Source of the DNA: Acanthaster planci
Taxonomy: Eukaryota
Assembly: GCF_001949145.1 (NCBI RefSeq)
Contig: NW_019091356.1
Location: 2,426,932-2,490,931, forward strand
Length of the DNA stretch: 64,000 nt
Reading direction: 5' to 3'
Shown: positions 37,801 to 44,200 of the stretch, one piece after another
Position numbering within the stretch: position 1 is the stretch's first letter
How the letters are laid out: each line of letters opens with the position of its first letter
Translations under genes and position numbers: made by a program
Notes under the pieces: generated by a model
Seen by the model: only the letters and a program-made list of their open reading frames with translations
Databases searched by the model: none
Told to the model about the DNA's origin: nothing

Positions 37801-38447
37801 CAGTTTTGTTTTTCCTTTACACAGTTTTCAAACAATAATTGACTGGATGGTATGTAGGCCTACATGGACCCTTCACTTAGGTCATGTCAGTACTCAGTAG
37901 TGCACTTGCATTTAGTAAAATCAAACATTCCACTGGCACCTGTACCTGTATGACTTGGCAAGATAAAGATTGACCATCCGTGGCCATGCTGACAACAGAT
38001 TGCATTCAACTTCAACATGTTCAGAGTTGAGTGTTAATTAGGGCCTACATGTGAACTGATTCCATCAAAATTAAACTCCTTACTAAATGCATACTAGCAT
38101 CATAACCAAATTCCTAACCATGTTAACGGCTACCATGGCAAACAAGACGACACATCAGCATGAAATTGCATTGATATGCATGAGGAACAAGACGCTGACT
38201 ACATAGGAATCCGGCTACTATACTCATTCCACGTAACAGCAGCACTGTACTGGTACGTTACGTACCCGCATCCGGAGAGGGACTGTTGTGCGTTGTTTGG
38301 AGGTCAAGAACAGATGGAGATTGCGTCAGATTCCTTCCAGCAATCTTCACCGTGTCTAGAATAATCTAATAATTCCAACTCACCTGTCTGTGCAGCACAA
38401 ACTGAGGCTAGAAATAGGGCCAATCCGAGTGAAATTAACGTGCCCAT
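1655..38447 (-). CDS. CNTNAP/Nrx-IV: Contactin-associated protein / Neurexin-IV family gene, complete; 23 coding exons, 1282 aa (whole-gene span)
   Basis: Manual splicing of 23 exons with GT/GC-AG boundaries; all 22 intron phases are compatible and the exon lengths sum to 3849 nt (1282 aa + stop). The domain order SP-FA58C-LamG-LamG-EGF-FBG-LamG-EGF-LamG-TM-4.1m-PDZbm is diagnostic of Caspr/Nrx-IV rather than classical neurexin. Orthology to a single vertebrate CNTNAP paralogue cannot be assigned. Confidence 0.95.
2021..2279. repeat. Minisatellite, 20-bp unit CTAGCCTGTGGCTGTCCT(C/T)G, about 13 copies, in the last Caspr intron
   Basis: Direct tandem copies with no spacers. Confidence 0.95.
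2752..3015 (-). CDS. CNTNAP/Nrx-IV: Caspr exon 22: LamG4 end, Pro/Thr-rich stalk, TM start
   Basis: FEGCISRVKFN..YPL motif; |GTAAGT donor; phase 1/1. Confidence 0.92.
3743..3830 (-). CDS. CNTNAP/Nrx-IV: Caspr exon 21: LamG4 (VDG...FNGANKVYVG)
   Basis: tccag| acceptor, G|GTAGGC donor; phase 0/1. Confidence 0.88.
4099..4226 (-). CDS. CNTNAP/Nrx-IV: Caspr exon 20: LamG4 (FADGRHHYVKVER); followed by a GC donor
   Basis: DGxxH motif; donor AAG|GCAAGT gives phase 0, matching exon 21. Confidence 0.88.
4440..4625 (-). CDS. CNTNAP/Nrx-IV: Caspr exon 19: LamG4 N-part
   Basis: EIG...LAFTT...G.LL; attag| and G|GTGAGT; phase 1/1. Confidence 0.88.
5558..5791 (-). CDS. CNTNAP/Nrx-IV: Caspr exon 18: LamG3 end and EGF2 (GFVGCMR...CLNGGKC...CQCDLTAFEGQYC)
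   Basis: GFxGCMR plus EGF cysteine pattern; phase 1/1. Confidence 0.95.
6495..6660 (-). CDS. CNTNAP/Nrx-IV: Caspr exon 17: LamG3 (INNNEWHHV...FFIG)
   Basis: LamG WH motif; phase 0/1. Confidence 0.92.
6896..7122 (-). CDS. CNTNAP/Nrx-IV: Caspr exon 16: LamG3 (VVTF...FEFKTT...)
   Basis: FKTT motif; CAG|GTACAC donor; phase 1/0. Confidence 0.9.
7635..7836 (-). CDS. CNTNAP/Nrx-IV: Caspr exon 15: fibrinogen-like domain end (CECG...CNCDAD...LPV...LGPLRC)
   Basis: CNCDA and LGPLRC motifs; phase 0/1. Confidence 0.94.
8115..8186 (+). mobile_element. tRNA-like sequence (tRNA-derived SINE head or tRNA pseudogene)
   Basis: A box TGGCTCAGTTGG (8122-8133), B box GGTTCCAATCC (8166-8176), imperfect acceptor stem, unpaired anticodon arm. 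Confidence 0.6.
8286..8368 (-). CDS. CNTNAP/Nrx-IV: Caspr exon 14: fibrinogen-like domain (GEPYGWWVNR...YWGGA.PG.GK)
   Basis: WWV.R..YWGG motif; phase 1/0. Confidence 0.93.
8890..9093 (-). CDS. CNTNAP/Nrx-IV: Caspr exon 13: fibrinogen-like domain (TVIQHD...PGSY...CEQYIQYVC...LLNSP)
   Basis: CxQxIxYxC motif; |GTAAGT donor; phase 1/1. Confidence 0.93.
9183..9360 (+). mobile_element. tRNA-derived SINE, family A copy 1
   Basis: B box GGTTCGAATCC (9236-9246), then ATGTGGATTGG...GGGTTTCC...CTAAAAACTGAAC body shared with the copy at 12196. Confidence 0.7.
9424..9597. mobile_element. Foldback/MITE-like element
   Basis: Inverted arms GGAATAAATATGTGCTTGG / CCAAGCACACATTTATTCC and inner AAGACCGGCTCA / TGAGCCAGTCTT. 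Confidence 0.7.
10014..10112 (-). CDS. CNTNAP/Nrx-IV: Caspr exon 12: fibrinogen-like domain start (IDPDGSGPLPP)
   Basis: IDPDGSGP hallmark; phase 1/1. Confidence 0.92.
10358..10464 (-). CDS. CNTNAP/Nrx-IV: Caspr exon 11: EGF1 (CTPSPCANGGECMSDWDTFTCKCTDTGYTGTTC)
   Basis: Six-cysteine EGF pattern; phase 2/1. Confidence 0.95.
11259..11317. mobile_element. 59-bp palindromic micro-element bounded by TTAA
   Basis: TTAACCGTAACACTCCTCAGTCCT...AGGATTGAGGAGGGTTAGGGTTAA; related arms at 2309 and 41842. Confidence 0.65.
11384..11549 (-). CDS. CNTNAP/Nrx-IV: Caspr exon 10: LamG2 end (GFLGCM...CSLEDW)
   Basis: Translated by hand (this frame is not in the ORF track); FxGCM motif; ctcag| and |GTAAGT; phase 1/2. 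Confidence 0.9.
11745..12164. mobile_element. MITE with near-perfect TIRs of about 46 bp
   Basis: AGGGCCGGCGACCATTTAGACCCGGTTTGAAAAGGGCCCCCCAGTA versus its reverse complement ending at 12164. Confidence 0.85.
12196..12360 (+). mobile_element. tRNA-derived SINE, family A copy 2 (degenerate)
   Basis: Shares TGGCA.AG..., GCCTTCC, ATGTGGATTGG, CAGTT, CTAAAACTGAAC with 9183-9360. Confidence 0.6.
12790..12939 (-). CDS. CNTNAP/Nrx-IV: Caspr exon 9: LamG2 (GSDLNDGRWHSV...YFVGG)
   Basis: LNDGxWHSV motif; |GTAAGT donor; phase 1/1. Confidence 0.93.
13230..13387 (-). CDS. CNTNAP/Nrx-IV: Caspr exon 8: LamG2 (ISLKFRTFSASGLL...)
   Basis: FRT..GLL motif; strong polypyrimidine acceptor; phase 2/1. Confidence 0.9.
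13763..14046 (-). CDS. CNTNAP/Nrx-IV: Caspr exon 7: LamG1 end and linker (MTIGG...FVGCL...PATF)
   Basis: IGG and FxGCL motifs; tgcag| acceptor, |GTGAGT donor; phase 0/2. Confidence 0.92.
14372..14556 (-). CDS. CNTNAP/Nrx-IV: Caspr exon 6: LamG1 (GSLLDDNQWH...LDLDKE)
   Basis: GSLLDDxxWH is a Caspr LamG1 hallmark; phase 1/0. Confidence 0.93.
16347..16550 (-). CDS. CNTNAP/Nrx-IV: Caspr exon 5: LamG1 N-part (DTAYFDG...MRFRT...LSLNLG)
   Basis: LamG FRT/DG-L motifs; catag| acceptor, G|GTGAGG donor. Confidence 0.92.
16602..16722. mobile_element. Short (about 120 bp) MITE, family B copy 1
   Basis: Shares CTTCCAGAGCTACGGCTA.GTCT and ATGGAG.GAAGACCTAGAC with 20391-20510. Confidence 0.7.
17094..17235 (-). 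CDS. CNTNAP/Nrx-IV: Caspr exon 4: end of discoidin domain (LFPGN...ARYVRFNP...MRVEVYGC)
   Basis: FxGN and RVEVYGC motifs; donor G|GTGTGT is required for phase 1. Confidence 0.92.
18743..18939 (-). CDS. CNTNAP/Nrx-IV: Caspr exon 3: discoidin domain (GGGGWTA...QYLTIDLG...VATQGR...YS.DG..W)
   Basis: Canonical FA58C motifs; tcag| acceptor, AAG|GTAATG donor; phase 1/0. Confidence 0.95.
19481..19597 (-). CDS. CNTNAP/Nrx-IV: Caspr exon 2: start of discoidin/FA58C domain (GCQLPLGMESGAILDGQISA...)
   Basis: C-x-x-PLGMESG motif typical of FA58C; acceptor aag|, donor |GTGAGT; phase 1/1. Confidence 0.92.
20391..20510. mobile_element. Short MITE, family B copy 2 (Harbinger-like ends GGCTGTGTCC...GGATGCAGCC, TTA/ATA flanks)
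   Basis: Imperfect TIR and homology to the 16602 copy. Confidence 0.7.
22303..22586. mobile_element. hAT-like MITE with internal AATTCCATGACTTTTCCA repeats
   Basis: Ends CAGGGTTCC...GGAACCCCG; subterminal repeat about 4 times. Confidence 0.7.
23125..23466. mobile_element. Harbinger-like MITE with many CAACCC/GGGTTG motifs
   Basis: TIR AGGCCTTTTCAC / GTGAAAAGGCCT. Confidence 0.75.
25362..26012. other. Assembly gap (651 N)
   Basis: Run of N. Confidence 1.
27185..27356. repeat. Tandem duplication, 78-bp unit, about 2.2 copies
   Basis: GGAAAT.CCCATGTAC...ATGTACGTACAA repeated at 27185, 27263 and partially at 27341. Confidence 0.9.
28085..28329 (+). mobile_element. MITE family C copy 1 (245 bp, perfect 26-bp TIR, AAAT target-site duplication)
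   Basis: GGGTAATTCCAGAAATTAGGGGTCCA / TGGACCCCTAATTTCTGGAATTACCC; AAAT on both sides. Confidence 0.92.
28530..28828. mobile_element. hAT-like MITE
   Basis: TIR CAGTGTTTCCC / GGGAAACACTG; no clear TSD. Confidence 0.6.
30221..30446. mobile_element. MITE family D copy (5'-truncated)
   Basis: CCAATTTCACGGTGCTGCTAAGCA...AAGCAGCTCCATGAAAATGGGTCCCTG, similar to 52671-52915. Confidence 0.6.
34548..34800 (+). mobile_element. MITE family C copy 2
   Basis: Colinear with 28085-28329. Confidence 0.88.
37029..37319. mobile_element. piggyBac-like MITE (CCCTAACC...GGTTAGGG, TTAA on both sides)
   Basis: TTAA at 37025-37028 and 37320-37323; CCC/GGG termini; longer imperfect arms TACTACAAA.TACTA / TAGTATTTTGTAGTA. 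Confidence 0.75.
38384..38447 (-). CDS. CNTNAP/Nrx-IV: Caspr exon 1: signal peptide MGTLISLGLALFLASVCAAQT
   Basis: ATG in AAAATGG context, hydrophobic core with small-residue cleavage site, donor CAG|GTGAGT. Phase 1 matches exon 2. Not in the ORF track. Confidence 0.85.
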
Positions 38448-41014
38448 TTTCGGTTGCAAGGCAAGTACCGTGCTGATGCTGTCTGCTCGATCGATTGCTA
38501 GTGTAGGCTGGTTCCCTCTACATATGCGCTATGCTCGCGCTCGTGGGACATTCACTTTGCGTAAGGTGTCATTAACGAGGCGGCAGTCAGATTGTTGTAT
38601 GCGTGCGCGACTCGTGCCTCTAGTCACGTGATTAAATTAATTTTGGAGGCACACTTGAAATTTCCTTGCCCTTATTAAACGGGGACGGCATGGCTGACCA
38701 CAAAGGAAGGAATAGATTTTAGGCTACTAACTTTTTGCTGCACTGTTTCTGTAGGTCACGTTGAACCTTCAATAGTTCGAAATTTGAGACGATATTTTTG
38801 GGATCTTTAAACTGTTGATTCAATGTTGCACAATATTTTACTGTTGTCCAAAGTCGGAGCCTCTCCATTTTTGTTAAATTTAGTTTGGGCAGTCCTGCAG
38901 GCTTTTATTTAACATGCGCGTCGGGACCAACTTAAACTTTATGTTTCAGTTTTTGTTACTTCCAGTCTCTCTAGACCGGACCAACCCTAGCCTATTGTAG
39001 TTTGTGATAATTTTTCATTGTTGCGACGTTAATTTTTGTAATGTAATTAGAAACTTGAATCTCAAAATATCAATCCATCAATCCAACAGACAATCAATAG
39101 GAGTTTTTTTTAACATTAGAGCCAACGTCACGGGGGGGGGGTGTCTGGGGGACAGGGGCAACTTTTGTGAACTAGCCCTGAAAAACTTCCCATGCAAACC
39201 ATCCTCGAAACGCTTTTGATCTTTAAATTTGTGTTTTTAATTGCTCGTGCTTCTGCCATTTTTTTTTCTGTTTGCACTGACAGTTTACTCAGAAAATTCC
39301 TTCAGTCCTCATTCGCCCACTCCTAACCTGGGGTGGGGTAGGTGGGGTGGGGTCAATTGGTTAAGGTTTGCTTTCCAATCATGGGTTTGGAGGTTCGAAT
39401 CCAGCTGCTGGCAGTATGTTGTGGCCCTTGGCAAGCCACGTCATCTCTGCTTGTCTCTCTCTCCCCCAGGATTATATATGGGTACCAGCATTCGCTGGGG
39501 GGCAAGCTGTGTTGGACCATGGAGGAAGGAGGGGATTGGACTGGCATCCCATCTGGGGGTAGCGAAAATATTCTCAGTCGTTTCATGCCAAGGAATTTAA
39601 GGAAACCAGAGATAAACACCAGCCCGATGAGCCAAATTGACTCGGGCCAGACTTGCTAACCTGGGTAGATGTATTTTGTAAGAAAATGAAGGAAATGCAG
39701 CTGAAAACATCTTTTAGTAACGGGAAAGTACTAAAGGCGGAATCTACTGTTACCCTTTTTTCTCACTCTCTCAAAATATGCTGGACTGGTGGCTGGGCCG
39801 GCCACGGACGTCCGCAACAGCGCCCTCCTTTGATGAAACAGAGGTGGCGAAAATGTGAAACCAATTTTGTTTTACAACCGAGTAGATGAGGGAATAAAAC
39901 ATTAAAGGGGTATGCACGCTGCTTGTTACATTCAAGCTTAAATTAGTAATTTTTTCAAGGAAGATGGATACTTCTTAAAAGTACGAAGAAAAAGCTTGTA
40001 CCGGTGAAGACAAAATTCTAGTGTCACTTTCATCTTAAGAGACCATCCTGGGGATGGAAAAACACCCTTACCCCTTCAATACATACAGTAAGATTTGTCG
40101 GACAGATGAGTTTGCCTCATCATGCTATTTTATGCGAGCACATGCCCAGTTTCCATTGTTAGTGGGGAGCAAAGGGCTGAGATGTATTTCAAAGTTTTTG
40201 TAAATTAATTTTGGAACAATAAAGAAAGAAAAAAATGACAGGTTGGTGAGCACCCCCATTGCCTAGGCAGATTGCATAAAGAGGGTATTTAATAAATGAA
40301 AATCCTTTGTTCCTCACCAAACAAAAGAAAAAAGTTGAAAATCAAGTTTCTACTTAAAAACTTCCATGAATATGAAATTCTTTATCATGGATTTTATTTG
40401 GTAATTGCATTTTTACAAAATTGACATTAAAAAAAATCTGAACATCTTCTGAGTTGTAATACCAACAAGACTTTGGAGTTGGTATAATATTAATGGATGT
40501 TTAATACTCATATTATTTACTAGTGGTGGGTCAGGAAGGGGGCGGGGCCAGGTCTCCACCTCACCCCTGAAAAATTGTTACTGTTTAAATATAATGACAG
40601 ACTGAAGTTTTTAGTATTTCCATTTTTCCCTCAAGGAGCCTCAAAAATCCCTTAATGCTTAGCCTCCCCCTTCAGGAAAGGCCATTACGTTTACTAGCCA
40701 AAGAATTTGCCCCCCCCCTAAAAAAATGGACCCTATCCAAAGAATTTTTCTTGATCCAACCTGCTGGGTATGAATTGCTTTTTTTAAAGTTAATTGTTAA
40801 ATCTAGACAGCCCCTTTAAATAAAGAAGTACCTGACATGAACTACACGATTGTTTTGTAAAATTCTCCAAACAGAAATTAAATGCTGGCGACAACAACGC
40901 TCTCAGGTTGCCGGTCGCGAAGAAGTTACGTCCCCGATGTTCTTAATCTTCAACGACAAATTACTCGTTTTCATGGAACAACATAATTGGCTAGGTGCAC
41001 CCTGCTGGTGGTAA
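38448..41014. promoter_or_regulatory. Intergenic region between divergent Caspr and MCC genes (5' UTRs and promoters)
   Basis: Lies between opposed start codons; locally CpG-rich at about 38460-38630 (E-box TCACGTGA near 38624) and about 40885-40940. Confidence 0.6.
39344..39654 (+). mobile_element. tRNA-derived SINE with CORE-like central domain, apparently near full length
   Basis: A-box-like TGGGGTCAATTGG, B box GGTTCGAATCC (39392-39402), TGTGGCCCTTGGCAAGCCAC segment resembling the CORE domain, ATGGGTACC, 3' body GGACTGGCATCCCATC...GGAAACCAGAGATAA. Confidence 0.75.
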
Positions 41015-41241
41015 ATGGACATGGATAGAAATTCAGAGGAACAGAAAGCGGACTTCCCGGAGAAATTTTGCATCAGTCACTCGGAGTCCAGCGGCGGTTC
41101 GGAGCGGGGCAGTTCGGTGTCCTCCTCGTCTGCCGACGGGGATGATCACACGCACTGCGATTCCAACAGCACGAGCGAAGAAGGTCGATTGAGGAGGCTT
41201 TTCCACACGTGTGATAGTGATGGGGATGGCTTCATAGACGG
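41015..41241 (+). CDS. MCC: MCC exon 1: Ser-rich N-terminus and most of EF-hand 1 (start could be 41015 or 41021)
   Basis: ORF ending GAC GG|GTAGGT, phase 2. Confidence 0.9.
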
Positions 41242-44200
41242 GTAGGTATTGACGAAATGGCCTGTTTACTTAGAAAGAAACCAACAATTGAAAAAAATTG
41301 ATATGCCAAGACATGATATGCCCAAAGTGATCCCACAAGCATGACAAATAAGGGCTGGTTCATACTCACTGCATTTGCACACACGCAGTGCGTAATGTGA
41401 ACACCACATTTGACGTTCATACTTTCATGTTTTCTAAAGTCTCAGCTGTGTGTGCGTATCCGACAAAAGTTAAATTTTTAAAATTTGTACGAATATGCAA
41501 AAATTTGGTGCGTACCCACTATCCATGATTTTCACAAACTGCGTGCAAGGGCGTGTATTTTCATTACACAGTGTGCTTTCGTTCACGCGCTGCAGACACC
41601 TCAAAATAGACCTTCGCGCTGCGTACACATTGAATACGCAGCGAGTATGAACCGGCCTTAAGTGTTAATGATCTCTAGAATTTTGGGATAGAGGATTGTT
41701 CCGGAAAGAGGCTCACATCTGAGCATCACTTGACACCCGATGCACAAACCCTGCGAGATTAGTGTGGAAAATTTCAGTGTTTTCAGAGTAAATGCTTTTC
41801 CCTTCTAAATGTGGCATTTTAGGACATTTTGTGTCTAATGGCTAACAGTCCTCAATCCTTCACCTGGTTGTTTTTTTTGTTTTTTTTTTTTGGTTAAATC
41901 TAACGTCCATGACAGTATAGTCACCAGGTCCCTAATTTCTCCATCTGTTGTCAAATCTGACATGTCAAATCAGTACATGTCAGTAGCAAAATAAGGGACC
42001 TGGCAACTATACCGTCATGGACATTAATTTGGTTCTAATTTTAGTTATTCATTTCTTTAGTTTGTTTGTAGGAGTGTTTCTCTGATGTTCCTTTCACTTC
42101 TAAACATTGCATCTCAAAAACACCCAACTAGTCACACAGTACTCCCTTCCAACAAAACAGCTTTTCATGTACATTTGCATTATTGTTGAGCCAGTGGGCA
42201 GACTGAATAGAGAAACCCCACAAGAGCTCTGAGGCAGAGCCAAGTCTGTCTGTCCCCCACACTGAGTCACTTTTCTTGAAGTATTCCCTTAGCCTTTTGT
42301 GTTGGAACCGTGGGTAGACTTCCTTTTGACTTCCTTTCATCAATAAATTTCACGCCAAACTGATGCGATACTTGTAGATTCTGGACCAAGTAGTGTATTT
42401 CTGGACATCATTCATGTACATTTACTCAGTCATTTGGGTCTGGAAGTGGAGATTTGCCCGCCCATTCTGGGTGGGCGCTCAGTAAGATGCGTCCACACTT
42501 TGTCGTTTCAGCACACACGACACCTCTGAATTGTTGAATCCCAAACAAGCATGAACGACTGCTAAATACAAGACTTACAGTAGGACATAGTAGCTGCTTA
42601 CAGGCTGTCAAAGAGGTTCTCAGAGGTATACCCCGAGCTGTACATGTAGACGCTGAGAGATAAGGCCCAGGGTCAGGCTTCATAATCATGGAGATCCTAC
42701 TGGTCAATATGGGGTATAGTTGATAATGTCATTCTGACCACTCTGTCAGATCAGGACAGCCCAGATGTGTCTTCTTTGGACAAAGGATGGATGGTCAGGA
42801 ATCAGGATGCCATCCAGGCATTGAATTTCACGTGGGCAGAGTAATACACGGTATTACTATGAATGGTTTTGAAAATTGGGTTATTCTAGAAAAGCCAGCT
42901 GCCAGGAGTTTGTGTGTTACGATAAACATTAAGCCGTGTGTGCATGCACCGCAATCTGTCTATGGGTATCCATAGGTGTAACCACAAGAACTGAGCTATG
43001 AAATCTGTTTCCATAAATCCATAAATAGACTGGCGTTTCTAAAATTGGTTCTATACCCTGACAGCCTTCAGTGAGAAATACTAGTAAATATGTACATGTA
43101 TCTTTAGATGCATACTGTACCATCGGCCTACCATGCACATTGCTGATATCTTTGGCAAACTTTATGGCATTGTAAAGAACAGTGATGATGACTAAATTAT
43201 AAATTATATTGAAATCCCGTACACAAAGCATATGCAAACAAGACCCAGTGGCATTGTGCACGGTAGACAAATATCCCGTACAGACTTCTTGTTCACAAAT
43301 TTTTGTCGGTTACATACATTCATGAGTAAACCAAATTTTGTAACAGGTACCGGTATACTGTCCACATTATTGATTAGTGCTCACTCTGTCAGAAATGAAA
43401 TTTTGAATTTGGAAATCAGGTTTCATCATATTGGTGAGTTGTTGGCTCGTTGCTAAATGTGAAAGTTACTCAAAAATTACAGAGGACGAAATACATTGTT
43501 GCAAATTTGTCAGGATATTGCATCGTAGCCCTTGGCCAAGTGGGTATTCATGACTACCACGTATTCCCACCCTGGAAATTATGAACAAAATTGATTTCCT
43601 TCCCCCCCCCCACTGTAGTGACAAAAGCAGGCCGAGCCGCACTTCAAATGTTGCCAGGGCACAGGCGAAACTATATAGTCTGGTGCTTTAGGCCTGTAGC
43701 AATTTACGCTACACTTGTACGCGAAGACTAGGGAAATTGGAGCTAGAAAACCTTGTTGATCTTGACAAGGCTGCTGACATGCGATACAGTGATTGGACCC
43801 CGCTTTGGGGGAGGTTCGTATTTTTGGCAATGACATGCGACGTTCGGCCAGGAAAAAAATTTGCATATTTCAACCTCCGGCGAAAATGCATAGTGTACAT
43901 ATAAGGACTTGTTACGTGCGGGAGGTGCCAACATGATAGAATTATTATACTTGGGCCCCCCCCCAAAAAAAATAGGAATATAAGACAAAATGTATCGGTA
44001 ATGTAAATTCAGGCATGCACCTGTTTCTCGGATCAGCTGATTTCCTTGTTTATCACTTCACACTTATGCCATTAATAATTGAAAACACTGTACAAAGTCA
44101 TGTAAAGATTGGACATTCCTCATTTGTTCTGTCAATGCCCAAGTTGCATGCCTGTAACTTGTAATTTGTTATTTAAAATTACAATCAAAACAGTGCCATT

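Noticed and set aside
38129..38143. RFX X-box-like motif GCTACCATGGCAAAC near Caspr exon 1
   Set aside because: Imperfect match to GTTRCCATGGYAAC; too weak to call without conservation data.
42128..42420. Possible decayed piggyBac transposase C-terminus on the minus strand (YKYRISLA*NLL...CGVSL)
   Set aside because: Resemblance is faint and needs a stop and frameshifts; cannot be supported without a profile search.
43610..43930. CpG-rich segment in MCC intron 1 as an exon or promoter
   Set aside because: No convincing splice sites or domain in any frame; probably a transposon fragment, but I could not define its ends.
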